Source: a virus. Taken from it: a DNA stretch of 64,000 bases. The notes under the pieces were generated by a model that was not told the DNA's origin, made no database searches, and saw nothing but the letters and a program-made list of their open reading frames with translations. The translations under genes and the position numbers were made by a program. Where the stretch lies: the IMG/VR virus record IMGVR_UViG_3300003890_000014, positions 32,001-96,000 of that record. One strand, 5' to 3'. Below are positions 36,506-46,140 of this stretch, one piece after another. Every line of letters starts with the position of its first letter. Within the stretch, counting starts at the first letter, position 1.

Positions 36506-38239
36506 TTATTTCTCTTTAGTCCTTAAAAAGTGACTCGTTACAACTGTAGTTGGTTCATTTGCACTTGTTGTTGGGCCAATAAATGTAGATTTATTATTAC
36601 TGAATACTTGACCTCTAGAAACTCTAAATTCAGTATCATAAGAGGTAGCGCCTGTAGGCATCACTTCATAACTATGCGTATAGCCTTCAATATGAAATAG
36701 CTGTTTAATGTCTTCTATATATAGATTTTGACCTACTTCTACGTATTTATCCACACCATCTGTAATTATAGTGCCATTATAAAAACTATGAGATAGAAAG
36801 AACCAATCTTCAAGAAGCCAAACACAAAATTCACACATCTTTTTGATATTAAAAGTTGGATCTAAAGTATATGGAGTCTCAGCTTGAAAAGTCTTTAAGC
36901 CATACCTCTGAATAGAGGGGGCGTTCATGCCCGCAGCATAAAGAGCCTCTACGTTTGTTTGGTCAATTTTTGGAGCTACGATAACATAATTAATACGTTC
37001 GTGATCACTAGTACCTATATTTTTTTGTTTAATATCAGTACTTACAATTACGTGTTGAGGTAAGTTAGTAAAAAATCCCTTTAAGTTAGCATTCTTTATT
37101 GGATCTTTTTTTCCTGTCTTAGTAAACACATTTGTAATTTGACCTTCTTTATTTGAAAAGGGAACTTGACGTACTACTAATGCAGGCTGTAGTCTTCTAG
37201 TATCTTTTTCATTTGGGGCTGGTCTTGGACCAATTGGCACTAAATCCGTATACATTTCATTGATAACTGTATTTGATACAAACTCTAAGACTGACCAGAT
37301 AGTTCCTGATGTAGGAAGGGCTTTAAATATACCTCTCCCAATTAAAGGTGATACACTCTTAAATCCTGTAGGAGTGTTAGTCTGAAGACCGATCCTAGAA
37401 GTATTAATAATATCAATAAATGATCTTCCCAGATTTTTATTCTTTTGAGCTGGAGTACCTTTTAAAGTCTGAATTAAAGAATCAGGTACGTACCAATTTT
37501 CATTGGCTAAACTAGAAGCAGCAAGTTTTCCGCCAAAATAGAAATTTAAAAGTTTTTTAACAGCCTGATCAGGAGTAAATCCAGCACCTTTTAGTTGCTT
37601 AGAGGAATCTTTTAAGAACTCGGCTCCCAGCAAAGCTGCGGCAGATTTATTCACTACGGGATTGAAAAATAAATTTGTGTCAAAGACTTTACCAAAACTT
37701 CTACCTGTGATGATATATTCAAGTCTAGGAGAAGCTGATCCTGGGTTATCTACTTCTATATATCTTACGTTTTCGATTATACCTAAAAATTTAAATCCAC
37801 TATCGACTGTATTTGTCTTTACATCATCGTCAGAGATCTCACCACTTTTTTTCATATAGATTGTGATCCAATCTCCAGGATGAATTAAATCTAAATAATT
37901 GATGTTAGTAGGTTGATTGTTTCCGCCTTTAATTTCTTTTCCTCTTTTTAAAGTTAACGTAAAATTTCCAGAACTCGAACCTTTATTATTAGAGATTGTA
38001 CAATTCAAAATGTCTTGTCGAATAGTGACTTTATTACGAATTGCGACATTCCGTTGATTAGAGAAAGCAGCCTTTGATCCTAGACTTTGATCATTAGCCA
38101 CATTAATATTTGCCAATTTTACAATTCCTGCGTCTAGATATGGGTATATTACTACAGCACAAGAAGATCTCTGACTTCGATTAAAAGAAGTAGTTAAGGT
38201 TCCATCTTTTCTACTTTTATTAATTATATTAACAGCCAT
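36506..38239 (-). CDS. Baseplate hub protein (gp27/gpD-like)
   Basis: Between tape measure and spike; FLGII..VR, ITGRSFGK, NEMYTD, RYG, NGTI...VGQ...FHIEG. Confidence 0.72.
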   Translation of the reverse strand: MAVNIINKSRKDGTLTTSFNRSQRSSCAVVIYPYLDAGIVKLANINVANDQSLGSKAAFSNQRNVAIRNKVTIRQDILNCTISNNKGSSSGNFTLTLKRGKEIKGGNNQPTNINYLDLIHPGDWITIYMKKSGEISDDDVKTNTVDSGFKFLGIIENVRYIEVDNPGSASPRLEYIITGRSFGKVFDTNLFFNPVVNKSAAALLGAEFLKDSSKQLKGAGFTPDQAVKKLLNFYFGGKLAASSLANENWYVPDSLIQTLKGTPAQKNKNLGRSFIDIINTSRIGLQTNTPTGFKSVSPLIGRGIFKALPTSGTIWSVLEFVSNTVINEMYTDLVPIGPRPAPNEKDTRRLQPALVVRQVPFSNKEGQITNVFTKTGKKDPIKNANLKGFFTNLPQHVIVSTDIKQKNIGTSDHERINYVIVAPKIDQTNVEALYAAGMNAPSIQRYGLKTFQAETPYTLDPTFNIKKMCEFCVWLLEDWFFLSHSFYNGTIITDGVDKYVEVGQNLYIEDIKQLFHIEGYTHSYEVMPTGATSYDTEFRVSRGQVFSNNKSTFIGPTTSANEPTTVVTSHFLRTKEK

Positions 38240-40512
38240 TATTCGCTCCTGTTAATTCCAATATTACTGTCTTGAGAGTTTAAATATGCTGTTGCTGCTT
38301 TTACTGATTTTGCAAACTCGTCAATTGCTTTTGCAGATTGATTAATACCTATTGTAAAAGTACTAAGTCCTGCTAAAGCGCGATCATTTGCAAGTACTGC
38401 TTCATTTTGAGATAATTGAAATTCTTTAGAACTTTGAACTCCTTTTTTTGCTGATAGCATTTCTTCTTCAGCTCGTTTTTTATCTTCAGGAGTTAGTTTC
38501 ATTCCTTTAACTTCTTCTAAACGAATCTGCTCTTCAGTACGAATACTACGCTCTCCGCTTGCTAACATTCTACGAAGATTAGGATCTTGAATTCCCATTT
38601 TATCCATCATGGCTTCTATTCCACCAGTTTTTCCTTCCATGATATCTTTAGTCATACCAGCGATATCAGCCTGACCGCCGCCTTTTCGTTTTGTATTAGC
38701 TAGAATTTTCTTAACATCTTCTTCAGTAGCATCTGAACTTAAATTCATTAAAGCACCCATTGTGCCTGTATCTAATTCTGCTCCAAATTTTCTGAAGGTA
38801 TCTTGAATAGCAGTTATGTTTCCTGCTCCAGCAATACCGCCTGTAGCTGTTGATTCTTGTTTAACTAAATCTGTTAAACTCTTAGCTTGTTGAAGAGAGG
38901 CGTCTGTGACTTCTCCTCCTCCAAAACCCTTAGCAAATCCTGCCATTCTATCTGTGACAGCTCCAGTATTTACTCTACCAAAACCAGCACTTTCTTGAAG
39001 ATACTGCGCAGTAGTTTGAAGAAATCTACCAGATTTACTTACATCTAAACCTGCAGCTACGCCTTTCTTAAGAACTTCTACTTGTTGAGCTGTGGCATTT
39101 GATCTAGTAGTTCCTCCTGCTCCTGCAAGTGCTTCAATAGATTTTGCTCCGGTGCCAACATCTACTCCATAGAATCTTTGTTGTTCTTGAAGATTTTGTA
39201 ATGCTCCCGCAGCGCCTTTATTCCCTAATATACCTCTAGCAGTGAGAAGATGTTGGAGGGTCTCTTCTGGACGATATCCTGTACTTTTAGCGCCTACAGA
39301 TTGTATATCGTTAAGAACATCGGTGGGTAGGTTCCCTCCCGCCATTGCTTGCTGTCTTAATGGGGACACTCTTCTAGCTTCGTCCATCATGGCCTGAAGT
39401 GTTCTTGTCTGTTCAACATTGGCCTCTCCTGCCATATTGGACATTATCGCACTTCCGCCTAATCCACCTGTTATTACGCCTCCTATACCTCCAATTACTC
39501 CGCCTATACCCGCTCCTACGGCGGTTCCTGCTCCTGGGATAATACTTCCTATAGCGCCGCCTAACATAGCTCCGCCTTTAATTCCTAACGCTCCTCCAGC
39601 TAAGGCTCCTCCTACTCCCCCTATTGCTTTAGGTACTAAAGATTCTCTACCCGCTTGTCTAGACGCACTCTCAATATATCTCCCTGATGCTAAATCTTCT
39701 TGCTCTCTAAATTCTCTTTCTGCATAAAGCTTTTTTAGACCATAAAATGCTGATCCTGCGCCAGTAATTGCAACTCCTGCTTGAAGCATTCCAGAGGGAT
39801 TGAATCCTTGAAGAGCTTGACCTAAAGCTCCAATCCTTCTTCCACCATCTTGTGAATTTGTAAACTTGTCCATTGCTGAAGCAAAATCAGATGGAGTCTG
39901 AGAATAATCAGATCCATACATTCTTTCGTTCTTAGCAATTTTATTTTGAATATGATTTTGAAGTTTCTCTCTGAGAGCTGCTTGTCGTTTATTTACGTCT
40001 TCGACTTCTTTTGCTCGTTTAGCTCGTACTACTTCAAGATGTTTTAATTCATCTTTTCTTAATTTTTCAGCATTTCGTTCTGCGGCTTTTGCAGCTTTTG
40101 CTGCAGCACGCTCTTGTGCCTTCTCGGATTTAGCTTGAATTTTTTCTTCTTCTTTTTGCTTCTTATCAGCAAGTTTTGTTATTCGTTGATTTTCAAGGTA
40201 ATCTAAGTGTTTCTTTTCATCTGCTGGAGTATCATAAATTTTACCAGTCTGTTTGTTAAAAGTTTGTCCTGATCTTACATTATAATATCTGCCTGTATTT
40301 TCATTAAAAACTCGTTCAATATCCTTCTTCATTTTAGAAGTAGCTTTAGTGAGTTCAACGGCAGCAGTACGGGCGCCGTCAGCAATAGCTTTACTCATAC
40401 CGCTAGGATCAATTTGCTTTTGAGTAGATAGACCTGCTTCTGCGGCTTTACGCATCTCTTCCGGTAAACCCGAGGCATCTAATTTGACTGATAATTTAAT
40501 TTCTTTTGCCAT
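38239..40512 (-). CDS. Tail tape measure protein
   Basis: Helical, Ala/Gly/Lys-rich, with a glycine-zipper hydrophobic segment; follows the chaperone genes. Confidence 0.82.
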   Translation of the reverse strand: MAKEIKLSVKLDASGLPEEMRKAAEAGLSTQKQIDPSGMSKAIADGARTAAVELTKATSKMKKDIERVFNENTGRYYNVRSGQTFNKQTGKIYDTPADEKKHLDYLENQRITKLADKKQKEEEKIQAKSEKAQERAAAKAAKAAERNAEKLRKDELKHLEVVRAKRAKEVEDVNKRQAALREKLQNHIQNKIAKNERMYGSDYSQTPSDFASAMDKFTNSQDGGRRIGALGQALQGFNPSGMLQAGVAITGAGSAFYGLKKLYAEREFREQEDLASGRYIESASRQAGRESLVPKAIGGVGGALAGGALGIKGGAMLGGAIGSIIPGAGTAVGAGIGGVIGGIGGVITGGLGGSAIMSNMAGEANVEQTRTLQAMMDEARRVSPLRQQAMAGGNLPTDVLNDIQSVGAKSTGYRPEETLQHLLTARGILGNKGAAGALQNLQEQQRFYGVDVGTGAKSIEALAGAGGTTRSNATAQQVEVLKKGVAAGLDVSKSGRFLQTTAQYLQESAGFGRVNTGAVTDRMAGFAKGFGGGEVTDASLQQAKSLTDLVKQESTATGGIAGAGNITAIQDTFRKFGAELDTGTMGALMNLSSDATEEDVKKILANTKRKGGGQADIAGMTKDIMEGKTGGIEAMMDKMGIQDPNLRRMLASGERSIRTEEQIRLEEVKGMKLTPEDKKRAEEEMLSAKKGVQSSKEFQLSQNEAVLANDRALAGLSTFTIGINQSAKAIDEFAKSVKAATAYLNSQDSNIGINRSE

Positions 40513-40514
40513 TA

Positions 40515-40934
40515 CTAATCCTTATCATTTCCCAGAACTGAAAAATCGGTGGTTATTTTATCTGGGTATTGGTTTTTTACTGCTTCTACTTCTCTAAGAT
40601 CTTCTTCTTCTGCAGCTTGAGCTAAAGCAATCATCTCTTCTGGAGACTGATAATCTTCACCCATTTCACGTTTAAGCCATTCTTCATAATTTTCAGCATC
40701 AGGATTTAACTCCTCAGATAGATTAGGCTCTTCTCTGAGTCTATGCATTTGCCTTAGAATTAGGAGTTCTTCTAGGGTCATACTCATAAGTTTATCATCG
40801 TTTGGCGGGACGTTATATTGAAAACAATACCAATTAGATAAGGCTTGCTCTAGCCCATCAAAGGTGGCTAAATTAGGATTAAGTTGATCATAAGCAAGCT
40901 TTAAGAATCGCTTACTAACATCATACTTCTTCAT
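40515..40934 (-). CDS. Tail assembly chaperone (second)
   Basis: Position before tape measure; WY...YNVPPND...MTLEE. Confidence 0.65.
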   Translation of the reverse strand: MKKYDVSKRFLKLAYDQLNPNLATFDGLEQALSNWYCFQYNVPPNDDKLMSMTLEELLILRQMHRLREEPNLSEELNPDAENYEEWLKREMGEDYQSPEEMIALAQAAEEEDLREVEAVKNQYPDKITTDFSVLGNDKD

Positions 40935-40936
40935 AA

Positions 40937-41329
40937 CTATTTCTCTTCTTTTTTAGCTTCTTCTTTCTTTTCGTCTCCGCCCCAAACTTTCTCAAACCAT
41001 TCATTTTCAAAGTTAGTACAAGCTTTAAAAATTTCAAAAATCACATTAACATCATATAGTTCGTAGCCGAAGTCTGATTTCTGCCACCATTCAGGTGATT
41101 TAATTAAAGTGTGTCTAAGAGATGCAAGAATACGGTGAACTAGAAGAGTGTCTTCATCTAGACCTTTGAGTTCTTCGTTAAGACGGGCGGTAGTCTTAGC
41201 GATCTCAGATTTCATTCGTTGATTGGGGCGTTTATAAGTAAAAGTACCATCGAACTGTTGGGCTGTTTCTGACCCTTTTATATTGATGGTAAAAGTATGC
41301 TCCATAGATGGAAGCGTTTTAATTGACAT
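40937..41329 (-). CDS. Tail assembly chaperone
   Basis: Position after tube; GTFTYKRP...PEWW. Confidence 0.7.
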   Translation of the reverse strand: MSIKTLPSMEHTFTINIKGSETAQQFDGTFTYKRPNQRMKSEIAKTTARLNEELKGLDEDTLLVHRILASLRHTLIKSPEWWQKSDFGYELYDVNVIFEIFKACTNFENEWFEKVWGGDEKKEEAKKEEK

Positions 41330-41364
41330 TTTAGTATTCTCCTTATTTTTTTATTTTTAATTTC

Positions 41365-41373
41365 ATTATACCA
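41365..41373 (-). promoter_or_regulatory. Candidate late promoter (extended -10)
   Basis: TGGTATAAT just after the tube-gene terminators. Confidence 0.55.
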
Positions 41374-41394
41374 CAGCCTAATCCTAGTATAAAT

Positions 41395-41460
41395 GAAAAA
41401 GGCCATTAGGTCAAGAAACTGATCCAACGGCCTTAAAAAAGTGGGGAGGATACCACTTTG
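41395..41460 (-). terminator. Two tandem intrinsic terminators after the tail tube gene
   Basis: AAAGTGG/CCACTTT hairpin plus T run, then GGCCGTTGG...CTAATGGCC hairpin plus TTTTT. Confidence 0.7.
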
Positions 41461-41476
41461 AGGGATAATTTACTAC

Positions 41477-41890
41477 TTACGGTCCAGCTTCATCAGATTG
41501 CTTAATGCCGACGAATGAGAGCGTCATTTGAGCTAGTGATCTAGCATCGACGTTCATGTCTTCCTGAGTACATTTTACTCGTTCGATTAAGAACAAGGTT
41601 TGACCTGTAATTCTATCGATAAGTTCAGCGGTTAACTCAGGCTGAGTTAGAATATTTTGAAGTTTAGGTCGAAGTCCGATACTAATGGCCGACTGATTTG
41701 ATACTCTAAACATGGTACAACTGAAATTAACAGTGTATCCAGTTTCAGCGTATTCAGCTGGTTCTAGTTGATCCAGGACATCTACTGGTTGGTGTGCATG
41801 AGCAACAGTATAATTCAAAGCATTAGCGAAAGCTACCTTTCGACCATTGACTCGGAATACTACTCTTGCGCCTGACGATGTTTGACTCAT
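41477..41890 (-). CDS. Tail tube protein
   Basis: SGARV...V.F...NY...VDVLD...EY; downstream of sheath; AAGGAG RBS before ATG 41890. Confidence 0.82.
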   Translation of the reverse strand: MSQTSSGARVVFRVNGRKVAFANALNYTVAHAHQPVDVLDQLEPAEYAETGYTVNFSCTMFRVSNQSAISIGLRPKLQNILTQPELTAELIDRITGQTLFLIERVKCTQEDMNVDARSLAQMTLSFVGIKQSDEAGP

Positions 41891-41961
41891 TTTATTTTTC
41901 TCCTTATACAACCCTCATGTTAAAACAGGCGAGGGGTTACGATCTTTTTGCCTATTGTTTA

Positions 41962-42243
41962 TTAACTTTCGATATCACTCTTCAATTGTGCTGCTGCATC
42001 TTTCGTAATCATCATGTTTTTAAGAGCACGATAAGAACGATCACTAATACTGCCAGAGGCTGCATCAATGGCTGCTGCGATATCGTCAGCGGCTTTTTTA
42101 TCAGCTATGGCAATCTCAAGTTCTCTTTTAGCTTTCTTATCTAGAGTAGCGTCAGCGGCAATTGCAGCGACCAATCGGTCAGCAGCAGCTTTGCTGCCCA
42201 TTGCTTCATCTAGAATCAATTTCTGTTTCTTACTTAAAGCCAT
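41962..42243 (-). CDS. Small Ala-rich protein with three ~31-aa helical repeats
   Basis: AGGAG RBS; between sheath and tube. Confidence 0.65.
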   Translation of the reverse strand: MALSKKQKLILDEAMGSKAAADRLVAAIAADATLDKKAKRELEIAIADKKAADDIAAAIDAASGSISDRSYRALKNMMITKDAAAQLKSDIES

Positions 42244-42255
42244 TTTTTTCTCCTA

Positions 42256-44055
42256 TTAAGCAGACTGCCTAATGTTATCCAAAGTAATTCGGTTTAATAC
42301 GAAATCGATTCCTTGAACTGGAGTTATAGTGATGTCAACATTAGCTACATTTCCACTAAGGCTAACAGTCAGATCTTTCCAACCAAGGTTATTATTAGTG
42401 TCATCACCTACAAGCAATTCTTCTCGCAGAAAGGTTGACATAATAGAGATAACAGTATTTTTAATTGCTTCAGCGGTTCCGGTTTTAGCTTTCTCACCAA
42501 CAAAAATTGCTTCGAGTTGCTGTCTAAGATTATAAGCAACTGTATCAGCAGCAGCAAGAACATGTGGCCTGTTAAAAACAAAATTAGCGTCTTTGCTATA
42601 AGTAGAATTATGAAGAACTACTCGGAAACCACCGCTATCAACTTCTTCAAGAGCAATTAAACCACTATCGATTGCAAGTTCAACTTGTGTTCGAGGATTG
42701 AAATCTTCATGTGAAATACCATTAGCATTCAAAAGTTTGAATGTTGCAGGAGTTCCAACTGGCATACCAGCTTGCATTCCAGCTACCATACACGCAGCTG
42801 CCCAAGGCTCTTCAGTTTTGATAGAACCATCAGAACCAAGAATATCTACATCTTGGAAAAGCATAGAAGCTCTTTCGTGATTAAGATCAAGAGAAGCATC
42901 TTGAGTATTTGCGAATGTATCTTTTATAGATACATAACAATTTCTTTCACTTCTATTCTTAGTGTTTGAGGCTAAGATACAATGTGTAACAGCCTGAAGA
43001 TTTACAGAATCTATATCAAAAGTAGAAGCTGCGTCGGTCTTTCCTTCAGCTGCTAAATCAGCAGCATCTCTCGAAATAAGAGGAACGACGATATTACAAC
43101 GAGAAGCTAAAAGGGCATCGAAACCGTCTTGGAAATCACTATTAGCAGAAGCACCTTTTACTCCGCCAGTCATAAACTTTTTGGCTTGAGTAGCAATAGT
43201 ACCTTCTACATCAGCGATTGAAACAGCTTCAATTAAGCTTGATTCGCCATTGATAATATCTAGTAACTCTTTTTGTTGAGCACGAAGAGTTTTAGGAGTA
43301 GTTTTAATATCAAGAGGAGTAGAAATTGGATCAAGATCAATAGCTGGTTTAGAAGCGGCTAATTTATAAGTTGTAGTGCAGGTATAAGCAGTATGATTAT
43401 CTACTAAATCCACGATATCCTGAATACTCTTATTTGCAAGAGGGATTGAAAGGTTATCAGCTGCGCCTGTCACAGTAATATCAAAAGATCCGCCCTGAAT
43501 GTCAAGAGTAGCGGCACTGCCTGCACCAGTATATTGGATTACCAACATTGGAGCATAAGCATTTTCAGAAAGAACTTCTTTCTTAGAACCTTTTTGTACA
43601 GTAATGATTCGTGCATTAACATTTACAATACCTGCATCAATTTTTACACTAATTAAGCTTTCGTCTTCTCCCCAGTTTTTTGAATTAAGGGTGAATAAAT
43701 TTGCAAGGGCTGCGTTCTTAAGGGTCATCGAAGCTTGAGTAGATTGATTCGTTTTATAAACTCGAATCACTGAAGCACCATTAACAACTCGTGCATCACG
43801 AGCTGGAGATACTAGTAATCTAGCTGCATCTACAATCGGTCCAGATTTATATTTATCAGAGAGGGCTGCGATGTCCTCACTCGTAAAGGTTTGAACTCCT
43901 TCTTCAGATCCAGGTGCACCACCATCGGCTTCACCGATGATTGCAACGATTCCCGTTTGTGAAAGAGGAAAACCTCCAGTCAAATTTACTTTAGTCTCAG
44001 AATATGCACCAGGCTTCCTAATGTTAGCACCAGCAAAATTTATATTAATTGCCAT
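42256..44055 (-). CDS. Tail sheath protein
   Basis: KPGAYS, IIGEADGGAP, YKSGPIVDA; C-terminal VDITITPVQGIDFV. Confidence 0.92.
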   Translation of the reverse strand: MAININFAGANIRKPGAYSETKVNLTGGFPLSQTGIVAIIGEADGGAPGSEEGVQTFTSEDIAALSDKYKSGPIVDAARLLVSPARDARVVNGASVIRVYKTNQSTQASMTLKNAALANLFTLNSKNWGEDESLISVKIDAGIVNVNARIITVQKGSKKEVLSENAYAPMLVIQYTGAGSAATLDIQGGSFDITVTGAADNLSIPLANKSIQDIVDLVDNHTAYTCTTTYKLAASKPAIDLDPISTPLDIKTTPKTLRAQQKELLDIINGESSLIEAVSIADVEGTIATQAKKFMTGGVKGASANSDFQDGFDALLASRCNIVVPLISRDAADLAAEGKTDAASTFDIDSVNLQAVTHCILASNTKNRSERNCYVSIKDTFANTQDASLDLNHERASMLFQDVDILGSDGSIKTEEPWAAACMVAGMQAGMPVGTPATFKLLNANGISHEDFNPRTQVELAIDSGLIALEEVDSGGFRVVLHNSTYSKDANFVFNRPHVLAAADTVAYNLRQQLEAIFVGEKAKTGTAEAIKNTVISIMSTFLREELLVGDDTNNNLGWKDLTVSLSGNVANVDITITPVQGIDFVLNRITLDNIRQSA

Positions 44056-44071
44056 TTCAAGCTCCTATGTA

Positions 44072-44323
44072 TTAATAGCGTTTAAAAATTTTATCAAAAT
44101 CTTCTTCCGTAGCTTCGTCAAGTTCGTTATTCTCAGCATATTTTTTCATTGGCGCTTTATGATGTGCTCGAATTTTTGAATTCCTCTTCATAAGCAGTTG
44201 AAAATATACATCAAAACTTAGAACTCTTTTAGTAGGTTTAGAAGTTTTTTTCTCTTCTGACTCTACTATTACTTCGCTATTTTCGTCTACTATATTTTTT
44301 TTATGAGACTTTTCAATTCCCAT
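44072..44323 (-). CDS. Hypothetical protein upstream of sheath
   Basis: 83-aa ORF with GGAG/AGGA RBS. Confidence 0.6.
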   Translation of the reverse strand: MGIEKSHKKNIVDENSEVIVESEEKKTSKPTKRVLSFDVYFQLLMKRNSKIRAHHKAPMKKYAENNELDEATEEDFDKIFKRY

Positions 44324-44369
44324 TATATCCTACTCCATTATTATATACTACAAAACTTAATTATTTCAT

Positions 44370-44534
44370 TTAATCTGAAATGTCGGTGATAACAACAGTT
44401 TCCTCACTATCAGGTTTAGGAGATGGTACTCTTAATGTCAGATCAAAACAGTCAAGTTTGTTATGTTTTCTTAAGTTGTCTTTTGCCCACAGTAGTTGTA
44501 GATTATCTAATCCCCAATTAGTACAGACTTTCAT
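44370..44534 (-). pseudogene. Internally deleted HNH endonuclease remnant fused to a duplicated 3' end of the upstream gene
   Basis: Hand translation MKVCTNWGLDNLQLLWAKDNLRKHNK-LDCFDLTLRVPSPKPDSEETVVITDISD; compare HNH 26561-27145 (MKTCS...NLQPLWAEDNLKKGN). Confidence 0.75.
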
Positions 44535-44627
44535 ATATTACTCGTCAGACGTATTTGTTATCACTATAGTATCCTCACTATCGGGTTTTGGGGCTGGCAC
44601 TTTTAACGTAAGGTCGAAACAATCAAC
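44375..44627. repeat. Diverged ~82-bp direct repeat (about 44375-44456 and 44546-44627)
   Basis: Encodes DCFDLTLRVPSPKPDSEETVVIT versus DCFDLTLKVPAPKPDSEDTIVIT; differences mostly at third codon positions. Confidence 0.88.
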
Positions 44628-45467
44628 AAGGTTGACTTCAGCCTGATCCCAGTCGAACTCCGTTATACAGTTCACATCTATATATCTACTAAACACATTC
44701 TCCCCCGAGAACGTATCCTCTCTATCAAATATACTAGCAGTTCCTCGGTCTAAATGCAATCCCCTGTTAATCATAGAATCTTGTCTAGATTTAAGAATAT
44801 ACATGACTATATAATACAGGTACTTAGCAATATGAATGTCATCTTTTGCATGACAGCCTAAACGTATAGTTTCTCGAAGCCTAATCATTCGTCTTTCAGT
44901 ACGCTTAAAATCAATCCAGCTCTCTATTCTGCCACCTGCTGCTAAACTAGGTTCCATACCAGAGCCTATATTGATAAATTTATTTCCTGACAAATTGCTG
45001 TTGCCAGGTTTTATATCGAACTTAGTTCCTAACGAATCCACAAAAATAAGATTTGGACATACCCCGCTTAAGTCTGCAGCGTTTATAATTGTCAATTTCC
45101 CTGTTAGAGTATCATAAGTTCCAGGATCGACTACAGGTACAATTACGGTAGGAGTCTTATCTTCTTCTTCATCTAAGTACTCATTTCCTAGATTCTGAAT
45201 TCCCTCAGACTCATCTGCACGAATAAGTTGAATTGATATGCACGGTATGACGGTTTGAATCATGGAATGCGACTGAGTGAGTTTAATTTGATTATTTTGA
45301 ATGTAAGTCTTTAGGCGAGTAATTTGAGTTATTCCAAATTGATTGATGAAATGTGCTTCTGTAAAACGACTGAATAGATCGTCTAATTTATTGGGATTAG
45401 TTTTAAGATCTCCTAATCCATCTCTGAGTACGGTTTCGATTACAAATTCTGTTAATGGAGCGCCCAT
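44538..45467 (-). CDS. Tail terminator/completion protein
   Basis: PCISIQL...E...LG; last neck gene before the sheath. Confidence 0.62.
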   Translation of the reverse strand: MGAPLTEFVIETVLRDGLGDLKTNPNKLDDLFSRFTEAHFINQFGITQITRLKTYIQNNQIKLTQSHSMIQTVIPCISIQLIRADESEGIQNLGNEYLDEEEDKTPTVIVPVVDPGTYDTLTGKLTIINAADLSGVCPNLIFVDSLGTKFDIKPGNSNLSGNKFINIGSGMEPSLAAGGRIESWIDFKRTERRMIRLRETIRLGCHAKDDIHIAKYLYYIVMYILKSRQDSMINRGLHLDRGTASIFDREDTFSGENVFSRYIDVNCITEFDWDQAEVNLVDCFDLTLKVPAPKPDSEDTIVITNTSDE

Positions 45468-45469
45468 TT

Positions 45470-46138
45470 TTATCCTTCCAACCTTTGTCTAATAACTTCT
45501 TCTAGATTCTCATTTATAAAATCCTCTAAATCTTCAAATATCTTGGCTCCGCTAAATCCACTCCAGGGATCTGAATTATCAGAGATTCTTTTAATAGCTA
45601 AGTAAGATATTGCTCCAGAAGTGAGATTTTGTGATTTTAAAATATCCTCAATTCTATTTACAGTCACTTTTTTAGCTTCTGGTTTTTTCATTCCAGGACT
45701 AGAAAAATGAGCAATGATATCTTGAGCATTTTTGGGATTAAAAGATTTGGCTGAAATTTTTTGTCCTGACTTAGTAACTAAATTATCGGCATCTTTTGCA
45801 AATGGGACATCGACATATCTCTTACCATTCTCTTTATTATACTTTGCTCTAGCGCCATTTAAAATGGCGTCAGAAACTTCACCTTCTGCAAATCCATCTT
45901 CCATCCATAAAGCGAGTTTTCCATCGATTCTAATTAAAAATTCTCCAGGATTCACTTCATTAATTTCAAATCCATTATTCCAGTGTTGTTTTGCGGAATC
46001 AGATTTAAGATTAGTTTCTACAAGATGTCCTGCTTCAGCTTTAATTTGACGAGTAAATTCAGAAGTAGCTTCAGCAATAGCTTCTTCAACTTCTCTAGTA
46101 AGTTCTTCAGGAGTTTTGTCAAATTTAAACTTAAACAT
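45470..46138 (-). CDS. Neck/tail completion protein (Ne1-like)
   Basis: LALWMEDG...RYVDVPF...KRISDNSDPW. Confidence 0.6.
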   Translation of the reverse strand: MFKFKFDKTPEELTREVEEAIAEATSEFTRQIKAEAGHLVETNLKSDSAKQHWNNGFEINEVNPGEFLIRIDGKLALWMEDGFAEGEVSDAILNGARAKYNKENGKRYVDVPFAKDADNLVTKSGQKISAKSFNPKNAQDIIAHFSSPGMKKPEAKKVTVNRIEDILKSQNLTSGAISYLAIKRISDNSDPWSGFSGAKIFEDLEDFINENLEEVIRQRLEG

Positions 46139-46140
46139 AA

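Noticed and set aside
41900-41960. GGCAAA and GGGGTTAC words reminiscent of a c-di-GMP-I riboswitch
   Set aside because: The words are on opposite strands, and the GAAA tetraloop and GCAAA core arrangement are missing.
44380-44646. 88-aa plus-strand ORF with an internal repeat
   Set aside because: Antisense reading of the duplicated gene end; the meaningful frames are on the minus strand.
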